Of a stretch of 64,000 nucleotides of DNA, positions 8,762-20,243 are shown in pieces (position 1 is the stretch's first letter; the number at the start of each line of letters is the position of its first letter). Location: the IMG/VR virus record IMGVR_UViG_2667528172_000003, positions 212-64,211 of that record. One strand, 5' to 3'. Source of the DNA: a virus. The notes below the pieces were generated by a model. The model saw nothing but the letters and a program-made list of their open reading frames with translations. It made no database searches and was not told the origin of the DNA. The position numbers and the translations under genes are program-made.

Positions 8762-9826
8762 CTATAAACCCCTCTGCAATGCGGTGCTCGATGGCATATC
8801 CTGCGCGCCACGCGCTTCGCACATCATATCCATGTACCACGCCTGGCCCCTTGTGTCGCCAGTGTACATAATCCCGCGCACAATATAAACGCCATCCGTT
8901 GCGATGCTGGCAGGCTGTGCCGTGGTGCCGCTAAGCGTGATATTACCGTCCGTGTTCTGGTCGGTGATTTGCCCACCAGCCATCGCGATATCGTTATTCG
9001 ACAGCGCGGTGCGATACACGGAAGCCTGATCCAGCTGAATAAGCCCGTTAACCCGGATGTTCGGGTTAATCAGTGCGCGGACGTTAACTCCGTTGCCGAT
9101 GGTCTGCTGTGGCATGCCGATAAGCCCGGTGGCGCTGTTGAGCACAATCGCGTCGTGAACATACTCGTTATTCGCCACCATCTGCCGCTGGCCGTCCACG
9201 AACTGCCATGTTGCGCCACATTGTCCAGCCACGTTATCCATAAGATGCCGTGTCATACCGAACAGCACCCGGCCACGGGGAAACACGGTAGCGGGCATTT
9301 CAGGCGTCAGCCCTTCGGTCGCGCCTTTGGCCTCGAAGTCTTTCATCAGCGCGCGGTTCACGTCTGCGACCGTATAACCGGCCGCCAGCGTCTGCGAAGT
9401 TATGCTGGTGGCAAAAGCCAGATCCGTATCGGCTGCCTGAATCAGAACGTAAGAATCAATGGGGCTGTCTTTTCCTGTTACCGAGTAACGAATTTCGCCG
9501 CTGAAAATCAGCCCATAGTTGCGGCCATCACTCTGGCCCACATCCGCCGCGTCGACTTCCCGCACGGTCCCGACGTCGCTGGCCGATACCTCCGGCGCGA
9601 TACCGTCGTATCCGGCTATCAGCCGCACTTTCGAAAACTCCTGCCCGGTGATGCGGTTCACCGTATCTGCCGAGAGGTTGTAGATTTTGAATGTTCCCAC
9701 CCGTGACGCGCTGCTGATGTTGAACCAGTCGATCGTAAAGGTCACTTTAAAATCGCTGAGCTCGATACCCTGCCCGTTCTCGTCCACGAGCTGCAGCTCG
9801 AAATGTCTCATCCAGTTCTGTGACAT
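8762..9826 (-). CDS. Tail/baseplate hub protein (Mu gpP/P2 gpD-like)
   Basis: 354 aa; LNSATGLIGMPQQT..GVNVRALINPNIR motif; synteny. Confidence 0.75.
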   Translation of the reverse strand: MSQNWMRHFELQLVDENGQGIELSDFKVTFTIDWFNISSASRVGTFKIYNLSADTVNRITGQEFSKVRLIAGYDGIAPEVSASDVGTVREVDAADVGQSDGRNYGLIFSGEIRYSVTGKDSPIDSYVLIQAADTDLAFATSITSQTLAAGYTVADVNRALMKDFEAKGATEGLTPEMPATVFPRGRVLFGMTRHLMDNVAGQCGATWQFVDGQRQMVANNEYVHDAIVLNSATGLIGMPQQTIGNGVNVRALINPNIRVNGLIQLDQASVYRTALSNNDIAMAGGQITDQNTDGNITLSGTTAQPASIATDGVYIVRGIMYTGDTRGQAWYMDMMCEARGAQDMPSSTALQRGL

Positions 9827-9828
9827 GC

Positions 9829-10131
9829 TTACTCCGTTGATACCAGTAAATGACTGCGGCCGCCCAGGTCGGTTTTCGTCGGATAATCCTGTGTGCTGTC
9901 GTCACAGACCACCACCAGCTTAAAGCCGAGCCCCATATAGCCGTACTGCGCCAGCAGGTCAGCCCCCGTTACGAGAGGAATACCGGAAATAACCGGCTCC
10001 CCTCTGTCGTTCTGCAGGTCCAAAATCCAGTACAGATCGCGCCAGGTGATGCTAATCCGCCAGGTGGTCCCCGCCAGGATGATGCTGAATTGCTGGTTAT
10101 CCGCTGTCAGCGGAATTTCCTGAATTGCCAT
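9829..10131 (-). CDS. Phage baseplate/tail protein (100 aa)
   Basis: EIPLTADNQQFSIILAG, GIPLVTGADLLAQY motifs; coupled in tail operon. Confidence 0.7.
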   Translation of the reverse strand: MAIQEIPLTADNQQFSIILAGTTWRISITWRDLYWILDLQNDRGEPVISGIPLVTGADLLAQYGYMGLGFKLVVVCDDSTQDYPTKTDLGGRSHLLVSTE

Positions 10132-10718
10132 TAGCCGAGCCCCAGTAATGACGCCGCGTTACCCGTGATGCTTTTCAGCAGCGAGGTATTTGGCGGCTTT
10201 GTGGTTTTGTTGCCGGTATTCAGTACCGCCGACGTGCTGGCCCCGTCCTTCATGTTGGTTTTATCCGCGACGGTGATCTGCTGCGTCTGCGAGATAAGAA
10301 CCTCCCTCAGGGTGAGGACGGCAGACAGGACGTTTTCGGTTGTCTTGTCTGTCGTCACTTCCAGCGCGCGGATTAGCATGTTGCTGTACAGCCGTTTGCC
10401 GGTTACCACATCGAAAGGGATACGGCTCGCCTGCAGGTCGAGTATCTCCTGATACGTCTGCTGGGGGCTCAGACCGAGCAGGCTGGTGGCCGTCAGATTA
10501 CTGGCAAAATCCAGCAGCGATCCGCCGCCAGCGAAACCGACCTCCATCACCACTTCAGACGGTTTCTTGTAGGCATGGTCGGCGATGGCGGCCCCAACCT
10601 CGACAGGGTGCTCGGTTATCTCCAGCGTGTCGGTGTGCTTCTCAGAAACAACCACGCTGGGGACTATCATCCCTATTTTTCGGGTCTGCTGTTGAAATAG
10701 AGTTGAGAGAATATCCAT
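10131..10718 (-). CDS. Phage baseplate (distal tail, Dit-like) protein
   Basis: SEKHTDTLEITEHPVEVGAAIADHAY..P motif after tape measure. Confidence 0.75.
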   Translation of the reverse strand: MDILSTLFQQQTRKIGMIVPSVVVSEKHTDTLEITEHPVEVGAAIADHAYKKPSEVVMEVGFAGGGSLLDFASNLTATSLLGLSPQQTYQEILDLQASRIPFDVVTGKRLYSNMLIRALEVTTDKTTENVLSAVLTLREVLISQTQQITVADKTNMKDGASTSAVLNTGNKTTKPPNTSLLKSITGNAASLLGLG

Positions 10719-12934
10719 TAGCCCACCTTCGTTTGATTGCCGCGCATAACCTGGGCGTTTGCCGACTGCTGTCGGCGCTCGACCTCGGTACCAACAGAAC
10801 GCGGATCACCACCACCGTAAATGTGATAGGTGTTCTGCTGCTGTACCTGCGTTCCCTTCCCGGGCATGTTACTCAACACCTTAGGAATGTAGTTGCGGGT
10901 TTCCTGCGGCATCAGGGCCATTCCGTGCTTCTGCACGTTCCCGATCCCCCAGTTGTATGAGGCCAGCGCCTTGCTCAGGTCACCACCGTTAGCTTTCAGC
11001 AGCTGTGAGAGATATTTAGCGGCTGCCTGAGCGGCCTTTTCAGGATTGAATACGTCGTTCCCGCGCAGTCCCATATCACGCGCGGTACCGTCCATAAACT
11101 GAAACAGACCTTTAGCGCCAGCACCTGAAACAGCAAACTGATTACCGCCCGATTCCGTGATGGCCACACTGCGCAGCAAACCTTCCGGAAGCCGGTAGAG
11201 CTGTTCCAGACTGGTGAGCATCGGTTGCATCCATCCCAGCAACTCAGAGCCTGCTTTTGATGGCTGCGGCTGCTTAACGCCTGCAAGGGGTAAGCCACTC
11301 GCATCTGTGGGGGTGAATGCTGCCGCCTCTGCAGTCGGGAACATTCCATCAGCAATTTGCTTAATACCCTCTGCAATTTTGCCGAGCACTCCGGTACTAC
11401 GTCCGTGATATTCAGCAGCCTCTTTCCGTGATTTTTCCTGTGTGCCGTTCAGCTCATCAATTTGCGGATCACGCTTGTCGTCATGAATCCCGCGAGCCTC
11501 TCCAGCCTCGCTACCAAACAGCCAGCCTTTGACGGTTTTACCCACATTTCGCGGATCGAACCCAAGATTGTCGTTAAACCATTCCGCCGTCTGGTTAGCG
11601 CTATCCGTCACTTCAGGCATTGCTGACGGTTTATCGCTCCCCTGATTCAGGAGCTGCTTACCAACACTGGCCGCATCAGCCCAGCGACCGTCTTTAATGG
11701 CGTTCAGCAGGTCGGCGATCATATTCAGCATCCTGCTGAACTCGCCCATCTGGTCGATGAAGTTGCTGAAATCCCACTTCAGGGACCATGATTTAGGGTC
11801 AATATTGAGCAGTTTCGCCAGCGCTTTCGCCAGATCGTTAACAGTCCCCTGCAGGTCATGGACCATTTTCAGTGCGGCGTCGACTTCCGGTTTCCACTTG
11901 CCCCAGTCGATAAGGCTGTCGCCGCCCTCCTTCCAGGTCTGATAGTCCTCCCACAGAAGAGCAATCCCCGCCGCCAGCGCGGTAATGAGGCCAATAGGTG
12001 ACATCCAGAACGTACTGTTCAGAATGCGCAGCGCAATCGTCAGCGCGCCAAACAGCGAGATCAGCTCCCGGGTTTGCTTATCCAGCGATTGCCACCAGGT
12101 AATAAGGCTGGATGTCCCCTCAATAAGCCGGAAGAACAACCGCCCGATGATGTCCCCGAGCGCCAGAATGCCTTTTATGGCTTTCGTCAGGGTCTGCTCG
12201 ATACGCGGGAAGTTATCCAGGATATGACGGCGCAGCGTGTCCAGCGAACCCGCCAGGCCACCAGCAAGATTAGAGCCGATTTTGTCACGGGCCATGCCCG
12301 CCATCGCGCCGAACTCGCGCAGGGAGGTCATGAATTTGTTGGAGCTTCTGGCCGCCTCGTCAGCATTGAAGCCGATAGCCTTCGCCATCGCGCTGTACTG
12401 CCCGGAGAAACCACCGACACCCCGGCGCATCGCCATGAGGGTATTTTCGTCAATGCCCAGCATCTGCGCATACTGGTTAGCCCGGTAGTACGGCATGCTG
12501 CTGAGCTTCTGGCCGACACCCGTAAAGATAGCGGCCATGTCGCGCATGTTACCGCTGGCGTCACGGGTCTGTACGCCCAGGCGATTCAGGAAGCCTTCCG
12601 CGCCGGGATTGTTACGAACAAACCGGGAGAGGCTTTCCAGAGAGGAGCGCGCCGCGTCCACGCTGCCGCCAACCTGCGAAACCGCATAGCCAATAGACTG
12701 AATCCCCTGAACCGTCGCGCCAGTGCGCTGTGACGCCCTGTAGAGGTTATCGAGCCCGGAGGCGATCTTAGCCGTAAAGGCCACTACGGTAAGCGCGGCA
12801 CCTTCGACGGCCAGCCCCATTTTGATGGCGTTTGCGGTCGTGCCGGCGAGGACTGAATCGAACTTTTCCGCGCCTGCTTCGTCGATATCAAAACCGAGCG
12901 AGACGAGGAAATCTTTAATAGTCTCAGCGTTCAT
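10718..12934 (-). CDS. Tape measure protein with C-terminal lytic transglycosylase (SLT) domain
   Basis: 738 aa helical; AITESGG..FAVS..GAKGLFQFM...ALASYNWG.GNV SLT motifs. Confidence 0.9.
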   Translation of the reverse strand: MNAETIKDFLVSLGFDIDEAGAEKFDSVLAGTTANAIKMGLAVEGAALTVVAFTAKIASGLDNLYRASQRTGATVQGIQSIGYAVSQVGGSVDAARSSLESLSRFVRNNPGAEGFLNRLGVQTRDASGNMRDMAAIFTGVGQKLSSMPYYRANQYAQMLGIDENTLMAMRRGVGGFSGQYSAMAKAIGFNADEAARSSNKFMTSLREFGAMAGMARDKIGSNLAGGLAGSLDTLRRHILDNFPRIEQTLTKAIKGILALGDIIGRLFFRLIEGTSSLITWWQSLDKQTRELISLFGALTIALRILNSTFWMSPIGLITALAAGIALLWEDYQTWKEGGDSLIDWGKWKPEVDAALKMVHDLQGTVNDLAKALAKLLNIDPKSWSLKWDFSNFIDQMGEFSRMLNMIADLLNAIKDGRWADAASVGKQLLNQGSDKPSAMPEVTDSANQTAEWFNDNLGFDPRNVGKTVKGWLFGSEAGEARGIHDDKRDPQIDELNGTQEKSRKEAAEYHGRSTGVLGKIAEGIKQIADGMFPTAEAAAFTPTDASGLPLAGVKQPQPSKAGSELLGWMQPMLTSLEQLYRLPEGLLRSVAITESGGNQFAVSGAGAKGLFQFMDGTARDMGLRGNDVFNPEKAAQAAAKYLSQLLKANGGDLSKALASYNWGIGNVQKHGMALMPQETRNYIPKVLSNMPGKGTQVQQQNTYHIYGGGDPRSVGTEVERRQQSANAQVMRGNQTKVG

Positions 12935-13564
12935 TATCCTCTCTCCATTTCTCTATACGGCGCTGGTTGTCAGCCTTAACGGCCAGGTGGTCATTCATCA
13001 GCGCGATATCGCACAGATCGACAGATCCATCCTTCAGCGCGTAATAAGGGATTAACCCGGCGTCAACCGGGTCAAGGAGATAAGACAGCCCGTCAGGCAG
13101 GCTGTTGAGGGTTAGCCCTGAGGCTGGTCCGCCGTCGCGCTGGTAGGGCTCACGGGCAAAAAATTTCCCAGCGAATCGGCGACCACCCGCGCCACCAGCT
13201 GCAGCATGGTTAGCAGGTCGATATCATCGAACATCAGCTGACCGCTGTTAAATACCGGCGTCCATCCGTCCATGTGCTTACGTGACACTACGGCCAGGCA
13301 AGGATGAATAATCGCGTTGGTGTCTTCTTCGGTCAGGGAAGACAGCTTTTCAGCGATACACGGCAGCAGGGTTTCAAACACCGGTTGCAGTTTGTCGAAT
13401 TTCACGGTGTCGATTTTGCCATCAGCAGGCAACAGGGAGCGAATGCTCCCGAAATCTGACATCATGCCAGCCAGCACTGGCAGCAGCTTACGGGTCACTT
13501 TCAGCTGGTCAAAAACGCTGAGTTTTGCCACGCGGTAATCGTGGCCTTTGATTGAGCATTCCAT
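12924..13564 (-). CDS. Frameshifted chaperone (gpGT-like), -1 shift at 13158-13169; not in ORF track
   Basis: -1 frame stays open to TGA at 12924-12926: FAREPYQRDGGPASGLTLNSLPDGLSYLLDPVDAGLIPYYALKDGSVDLCDIALMNDHLAVKADNQRRIEKWREDNER*. Confidence 0.8.
13112..13564 (-). CDS. Tail assembly chaperone (gpG-like)
   Basis: Between tube and tape measure; ends SLGNFLP with slippery GGGAAATTTTTT. Confidence 0.85.
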   Translation of the reverse strand: MECSIKGHDYRVAKLSVFDQLKVTRKLLPVLAGMMSDFGSIRSLLPADGKIDTVKFDKLQPVFETLLPCIAEKLSSLTEEDTNAIIHPCLAVVSRKHMDGWTPVFNSGQLMFDDIDLLTMLQLVARVVADSLGNFLPVSPTSATADQPQG

Positions 13565-13567
13565 CTG

Positions 13568-14008
13568 TTAAAACTCTCCGAGTACCTGGTCGATTTTGCC
13601 GCAGTCAAACACCCAGGGCATCGTATTACCGGCCTTAGCGTTGGCGTTATCCGGCTGTTTCTGGAACGCCACGCTGCGCGCCGTGATGATGTCTCCGCTC
13701 ACCTTGTTTCGGATCACAATGACGTTGTTCCCCCAGGTGCCTGAGGACTGACTCTGCGCGTTGTACGCCAGCGACAGCTTTTTGTTTGTCGGCGAGGTTT
13801 TCAGCAGGTTGACGGTTACCGTGCCGCTTTTATCCGCGTGCAGGCTGTGCATCACTTCGCCGTCAGCACCGATGGTCATGGTGTTTTTGGGGCCGCCCAT
13901 TGCAACGGTGATCCCCTCCTCTGAACTGGCGGAACCGTAGCCCAGATCAATCTCGCCGGTCGGGCCGGAGAGGGACGCCGTAACGTCCATAAAAGAATAA
14001 GTAGCCAT
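13568..14008 (-). CDS. Tail tube protein (DUF3277-like)
   Basis: MATYSFMDV..., GADGEVMHS...SGTVTVNLLKTSPTN. Confidence 0.85.
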   Translation of the reverse strand: MATYSFMDVTASLSGPTGEIDLGYGSASSEEGITVAMGGPKNTMTIGADGEVMHSLHADKSGTVTVNLLKTSPTNKKLSLAYNAQSQSSGTWGNNVIVIRNKVSGDIITARSVAFQKQPDNANAKAGNTMPWVFDCGKIDQVLGEF

Positions 14009-14019
14009 TCATGTTCTCC

Positions 14020-15165
14020 TTAGCGAACGACGTTGATCTGAACATCAGCGAAATGAACCGCACCCGCCAGCTTACAGGCCACCTGAATAACCGGTGCCTT
14101 ACGGGCTTCGCGGTCTGCCTGCGCCTGCTCGGAAATCGGCTGCGCGTAGACGTAATAGCCTTTTGTCAGCGTATCGCCGGAATCCAGCTGCCCGATCGGG
14201 CCACCGTTCCATACACCGGCAGCCACCAGCCCGTTTGTGACAGACTGATCCATCGACTGTTCGACATTGGAAAGGAGGCGCGTAACGCCAGCATCGGTCT
14301 GTGGGACTTTGGTTGTGCTGGTGTAGAGCAGGTTATACAGGTTGGTCTGAACGTAGTTCTGCAGCCAGTCGAGCCCGTGGCGTTCATCGAAGAAATCACC
14401 GCTGGACATGACGCCCTGCTGCAGGATTGCCGTATCGTTCTGGTAGTACACAAACACGTTGCAGTTCTTGGCATCCAGCGCCGCCGCCTGATTGGTGGTC
14501 AGGGTTTCATACGTGATCCCCGGCTCCTGTTTGAACTTCAGGGTAATGGTGGTGTTGCTGCCGTTGAAATTCACGGTAAACGCGCGGCCAAACGCCGACA
14601 GCGCGGCGTACTTGCTGCTGGTGGAATACTGCACGAAGGTGCGGCCATATTTTGCCGTCTTCAGCTTATAGGCCAGATCGGTTGTGGAGGTCGTGTTAAC
14701 CGCTTCCGGGTCCTGGATGGTAATCGCCAGAATACGACTGAGGCTGGAAGCCTCGATCGCGGCGGCCACGCTCAGCCAGTCGGCATCGTCGATGTCTTCA
14801 TCATCGGCTACGGCCAGACCGTACCAGCTCGTGTAATTCAGTACGGCGTTCACGGCCTGCAGCAGCGTTTCCGTCGAACCGCTTTCAGCCGATGCCAGCG
14901 TTTTCGCCCAGCGGCCGACATAGACCTGCTGAGGCTTCGGTGATTGCGAGAAATACACGGTAGCAGCTTCATATTCCGGGCTATCCACGCCGAAATCAGA
15001 GCCGATATCCTCTACAGAAGAATAAAGGCGAAGGCGCTCAGTGACCGGGATAACCGTTGAGCTCCCGAGGATGAGCAGCGAACCAAAGTTTCGACCAGTA
15101 GCCGCACGCGGCCCAATGATCACGTCGACATTAACGACGTTCGATACAGGTAATCCCTGCGGCAT
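14020..15165 (-). CDS. Tail sheath protein (DUF3383-like)
   Basis: [37 protein letters not shown] motifs. Confidence 0.88.
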   Translation of the reverse strand: MPQGLPVSNVVNVDVIIGPRAATGRNFGSLLILGSSTVIPVTERLRLYSSVEDIGSDFGVDSPEYEAATVYFSQSPKPQQVYVGRWAKTLASAESGSTETLLQAVNAVLNYTSWYGLAVADDEDIDDADWLSVAAAIEASSLSRILAITIQDPEAVNTTSTTDLAYKLKTAKYGRTFVQYSTSSKYAALSAFGRAFTVNFNGSNTTITLKFKQEPGITYETLTTNQAAALDAKNCNVFVYYQNDTAILQQGVMSSGDFFDERHGLDWLQNYVQTNLYNLLYTSTTKVPQTDAGVTRLLSNVEQSMDQSVTNGLVAAGVWNGGPIGQLDSGDTLTKGYYVYAQPISEQAQADREARKAPVIQVACKLAGAVHFADVQINVVR

Positions 15166-15168
15166 AAT

Positions 15169-15714
15169 TTAGTCTCCGAAAAATGAGACGGACGCATCTT
15201 GCAGCGTCCGGACGTTGTAGGTACGAATGTTTTTGCGGGACAGCGTGATAGTGAGGTCGTAGCGCCTTACCCACTGCTTATTGATGAGCTCTGGCAGGTT
15301 GTAGATAGTCCCGGCATCCACGAGCGAAAGCCCCGAGCGGTTCAGTTCGGCGTTGTTCTGCTCGACGAATATCCCCGCGCGGAAAGTTGATGCAGTGTTG
15401 GCCCCCAGAGGGCCGTAAAAGCAGCAAATCACCGTGACCTGTTCCCATGTCCATTGCTCGGACTGTTCTTCCGAAACCTGAACATCGGACTGGCTTAACG
15501 GCTGGGGAACGGTAGTGATACCGAAGCCGCACCACGTTACCCCGTTATTGGGGATCTGCGGCTGCGGGTCAGTCCATCGGGGGAAAACAAGCGTAGCCGG
15601 CAGGCCAGAAACACCACGAATCCACCGGCTGATTTCACGCTCCAGCGCCTCGTCATACTGGGGGAGAGCCCCGACAGGCGTAAGATAACCGCGCGCGGTG
15701 CTGTCGTTACTCAA
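15169..15714 (-). CDS. Tail terminator/neck protein
   Basis: Probable TTG start at 15714 with GGAGG RBS (MSNDSTARGYL...); synteny before sheath. Confidence 0.7.
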   Translation of the reverse strand: MSNDSTARGYLTPVGALPQYDEALEREISRWIRGVSGLPATLVFPRWTDPQPQIPNNGVTWCGFGITTVPQPLSQSDVQVSEEQSEQWTWEQVTVICCFYGPLGANTASTFRAGIFVEQNNAELNRSGLSLVDAGTIYNLPELINKQWVRRYDLTITLSRKNIRTYNVRTLQDASVSFFGD

Positions 15715-16111
15715 CTGGCGTCCCTCCGTTAAAGTCCACCAGCTCACAATGTGCCTGGACGAATCCGGCACCGTAACGGGTGTACGGGTCAACGAACGTC
15801 ACGCGGTAGTCGCGGCCGCTGTAGGTCACGATATCGGCATCCAGTCGCGGGGCGCTGTCTGAACCAGGCTGGCCCTGGGTTAATCTGAACTGCGTCACGA
15901 TGAGGATCGCGCCGCTGATGTTCTGGCCTGCCTCCATTCGCCTGGCTTCCAGAGAACGGTCAACCGTCACCACGCCAGAGAACGGGATATCCTGAGCGGT
16001 GTTTTTTGTGAAATTGTCCTCATCCACCGTCTGAACCTGACGGTGACACACCAGGCTGGTGTCCATGAAGTCGGGATCGAGAAGAACATCGCTCACATCG
16101 AGAAGAGGCAT
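15707..16111 (-). CDS. Head closure/head-tail adaptor
   Basis: MPLLDVSDVLLDPDF, ADIVTYSGRDYRV; synteny. Confidence 0.7.
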   Translation of the reverse strand: MPLLDVSDVLLDPDFMDTSLVCHRQVQTVDEDNFTKNTAQDIPFSGVVTVDRSLEARRMEAGQNISGAILIVTQFRLTQGQPGSDSAPRLDADIVTYSGRDYRVTFVDPYTRYGAGFVQAHCELVDFNGGTPVE

Positions 16112-16617
16112 TATTTTTTCCTCACGACGTAGTTAATTGAGCGCAGCAGGTAACCGTGGGCATACAGCGGCTTGTCGCCGGGAATGCCTTCGGCCCTTCT
16201 GCGTTCGAGGGTTTTCTCAGAAAGCGGGTGCAGCCGGTCGCCAGCACCGATAACGGCTTTTGCAGCGTCACGGGCAATCTGTCCGGCGCTTTCCAGCTCA
16301 CGCATTGCCGCTTCAGTCTGCCCCTCCAGCGCGGCGGTTGCCGCTGCCTTGAGGTGTGCAGTGGTTCTGGGTTTTGAATCCTCGATCCCCATATCCAGAA
16401 AAGGACGCGGGGGGAGCGTGACCGTTGTACCGTCGATTTCCACTGTTGCGCCCGTCGAGTGGAGGTAGCCCAGTTCCGCGTTATTAATCGGAGAGCCATC
16501 CTCACGCCCAGCCTTGTCCTCAGGTATTCCCACCAGCACATCCATTCCGGATATCTGGCGGAGGGATTCCAGAACAGCCAGGGCGTTATCAGTGCGAACC
16601 GTTAACCCGCTTTTCAT
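16111..16617 (-). CDS. Neck/tail completion protein (HK97 gp10-like)
   Basis: VLVGIPED, NAELGYLH..G, PPRPFL, KPL..HG.LLRSI motifs. Confidence 0.75.
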   Translation of the reverse strand: MKSGLTVRTDNALAVLESLRQISGMDVLVGIPEDKAGREDGSPINNAELGYLHSTGATVEIDGTTVTLPPRPFLDMGIEDSKPRTTAHLKAAATAALEGQTEAAMRELESAGQIARDAAKAVIGAGDRLHPLSEKTLERRRAEGIPGDKPLYAHGYLLRSINYVVRKK

Positions 16618-17033
16618 TATGGTGTTCCAAGTTGTATCGCTCCCGCACCGAATATCATGAGGTATTCCCAGAATTCGGAACCGTAGCGAGTGTTATTCCA
16701 GAACCCCGCATCAGGATTAAGCGTCGCACTGACGTCATAGCTGACAGAAACCTTATCCACTGACTTTGATGTCTGAACACCACTATTCGCACCACCAGCG
16801 CCCCCTACGGACGACGAGCGCATGTCAGCGGCATAAAGTGTCATGTAATGCGCCACGAACAATTCAACGACATAGGGGAAAATATCCTCCCCAAACCGGG
16901 ACTCGCTCATCAAAACATCTGCCAGAGCGAGACGGGCCTGTATCATCGTGGTGGGAAATTTGGTTTCATCAGCGAACTGCGGGAAGTCAGCGCGGAATTT
17001 CTCAGGCGTCGGCAGGCTTTGGTTTTTTGCCAT
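16617..17033 (-). CDS. Head-tail connector (DUF4054-like)
   Basis: [32 protein letters not shown] motifs. Confidence 0.8.
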   Translation of the reverse strand: MAKNQSLPTPEKFRADFPQFADETKFPTTMIQARLALADVLMSESRFGEDIFPYVVELFVAHYMTLYAADMRSSSVGGAGGANSGVQTSKSVDKVSVSYDVSATLNPDAGFWNNTRYGSEFWEYLMIFGAGAIQLGTP

Positions 17034-17283
17034 TGGCTTTAGCCTCTGCAAGTTGCTCCTCAAGCTCAGCAATGCGGGTTGCCTGGTCTGCCACCAGCGC
17101 TTCCAGCTCAGCAATACGCGGATCATCTGCCAGCGTAGGGGCTTCGCCATCGGGCGAGCAATGCGCTTTCACAAACCAGTGATCAGCAACGTCATTTTCA
17201 ACGTCATGAAACCCGGGGGTAAAAGCCTTGATGCTGGCTCCATCGTTAAAGTTAAACGCCGACAGCACATAGATTTTTTTCAT
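17002..17283 (-). CDS. Small phage structural-region protein (STY1053-like)
   Basis: [18 protein letters not shown] followed by coiled coil; directly after capsid gene. Confidence 0.65.
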   Translation of the reverse strand: MKKIYVLSAFNFNDGASIKAFTPGFHDVENDVADHWFVKAHCSPDGEAPTLADDPRIAELEALVADQATRIAELEEQLAEAKANGKKPKPADA

Positions 17284-17325
17284 AGCAGTTCCTCAGGAAA
17301 GCCCCCGTTTCCGGGGGCTACTGGC

Positions 17326-18267
17326 TTAAATGCCGTCCATGTAGTTAAGGGTTTCCGGATAGACCGGTTCAACAGCGCCCAGCTTTCCGTAGTAGGTTAC
17401 GAGCTGGTAGATGCCGCGATACTGGATCGGCACGCTCTGCAGGGGAACCATAGGGAAGCGCACAAACTTTTTATCGTTCGTGTATGCGACCATACGATCT
17501 TTGTTTGCAACGCCACGGCCGATTGCCCATTTCACAGGGCGGATATTCAGCGGCTTGCCGTTCTGGTGGAAAGCAATTGTGTTGGTTTCAAGATAGGTCA
17601 GCAGTGACTGATTACCTGCAGATGAAACGATAGTGCTTGCCAGGAAAGAATATTGGTCTGGCGGGATCAGCAAGTCTTCCGGAACTTTTGAATATGCGGA
17701 ACGGGTCCACGCATTGCTTAGTACCTGGTTAATGCTGGCGCGGATTTCGTCAGGGGTAGAGGTCGCCCAAGTTTTCGCTGCGTTCGTTGGGGTTACCTGA
17801 GACAGGTTCAAAAGCCCCTTTGCACCTTTTGCAGCGTCCCCGATATACACCTGCTCGTCAGTATCCATATTCCACTTCAACTGCATACCGTCGTATTTCT
17901 GAGTGTCAATCGGACGCCCCACCTGTGCAGCGGCGGCAAGTTCTACAATCGTCCATCCAAGTTCCATCCCCCACAGTTCCAGGGGGAAGCCTGTTTTTGT
18001 GATATCCACATTCAGGCCAGCGATTGCGGTTGCAAGCTGGTTAATCCAGTTCTTGCCGTTCGCGTTTGGGGAGCCTGCTGCTGCAAACGTCGTGTTGGTG
18101 AAAGAACTCATCTCATCTGCGATAGAAACGTCTTCACGCAGCTCAATGTCGCGGCTCCAGGTCTGGGACGTCAGAGGAAGGTTCAGAGTCTGGTCCAGGC
18201 GTTCCAGCTCATGGACCAGAAAAGCACCAGTGCTGTCGACTGTTGCCTGATCGAAGGTCATTGGCAT
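17326..18267 (-). CDS. Major capsid protein (DUF2184-like)
   Basis: 313 aa; GAFLVHELERLD, GLLN, MVAY...RFPMVPL motifs. Confidence 0.88.
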   Translation of the reverse strand: MPMTFDQATVDSTGAFLVHELERLDQTLNLPLTSQTWSRDIELREDVSIADEMSSFTNTTFAAAGSPNANGKNWINQLATAIAGLNVDITKTGFPLELWGMELGWTIVELAAAAQVGRPIDTQKYDGMQLKWNMDTDEQVYIGDAAKGAKGLLNLSQVTPTNAAKTWATSTPDEIRASINQVLSNAWTRSAYSKVPEDLLIPPDQYSFLASTIVSSAGNQSLLTYLETNTIAFHQNGKPLNIRPVKWAIGRGVANKDRMVAYTNDKKFVRFPMVPLQSVPIQYRGIYQLVTYYGKLGAVEPVYPETLNYMDGI

Positions 18268-18280
18268 TTGTCATGCTCCC

Positions 18281-18775
18281 TTAAATGTTATATGCCAGTT
18301 CAATGTTGCCGTCGGCGTCGCCGGGACCATTGAAATAAGCGTTGGTGATCTGAACGGTGTTTGTATCGTCCGCAGCCGCGAGGAAAGCGCCCAGTGGGCT
18401 TGCGGCGGTTGGGGTGCCAACGCGCATAAATACCGGGGCATAGAGAGCAACAGCAGAGGCGTCACCGCCGATATTGACCGTGACATAACCGCGTTTCAGG
18501 TTGTCGCCGGCAAAGTTGTAGCCGGTGCCAACCTGGCGAATCTTGTCGGGCTGCGAAGCTGTCGGGTAAGGGCGAACAAAAATACCTGCCAGCACCGTGA
18601 CCGGGTCGGCCGCCTCAACAGGCACGAACTTACCCCCGACAATCTTCCCGCCCAGCCCATACGCCGGGAAGGGTTTAGTCGCATCGAGAATATGAGGTTC
18701 TACGGTTAAATCCTGTGGGCGTGAAATACCCCCGGCGATGCCCGCAGGCATCCGGTAAAGAATGGTGTTAGCCAT
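18281..18775 (-). CDS. Capsid decoration/cement protein
   Basis: RMPAGIAGGISR N-terminus, GIFVRPYP, KRGYVTV; between protease and capsid. Confidence 0.7.
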   Translation of the reverse strand: MANTILYRMPAGIAGGISRPQDLTVEPHILDATKPFPAYGLGGKIVGGKFVPVEAADPVTVLAGIFVRPYPTASQPDKIRQVGTGYNFAGDNLKRGYVTVNIGGDASAVALYAPVFMRVGTPTAASPLGAFLAAADDTNTVQITNAYFNGPGDADGNIELAYNI

Positions 18776-18778
18776 GTT

Positions 18779-19984
<1,206 letters not shown>

Positions 19985-20007
19985 TTACCTGCTCGATTAC
20001 GGGCAAC

Positions 20008-20031
20008 AAAAAGGCCGCTCATTGGCGACCT
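20008..20031 (-). terminator. Intrinsic terminator in the minor-head/protease intergenic region
   Basis: Minus strand AGGTCGC-CAATGA-GCGGCCT-TTTT. Confidence 0.65.
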
Positions 20032-20066
20032 AGTGAGATGTGGAAAAATGTTCGAAATAACGTGCT

Positions 20067-20094
20067 ATTTAACATAAGGGTTCTTACCCGCACC
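20067..20094 (-). other. XerC/XerD recombination site (dif/psi-like), copy 1
   Basis: GGTGCGGGTAA-GAACCC-TTATGTTAAAT; XerD arm identical to E. coli dif, XerC arm 9/11, 6-bp spacer. Confidence 0.85.
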
Positions 20095-20243
20095 GACGAA
20101 AATGGACTCGATTAAAATGTCCCCTTAAAGCCATAAAAGTAGCGATTAACTAGGCTGAATATCGGTCTTTTCGAACACAACATTTTCATAACATTTCACG
20201 GGTATTGCAGTTCACATGAAATGAATGCTCAAAGCCGTATTTT

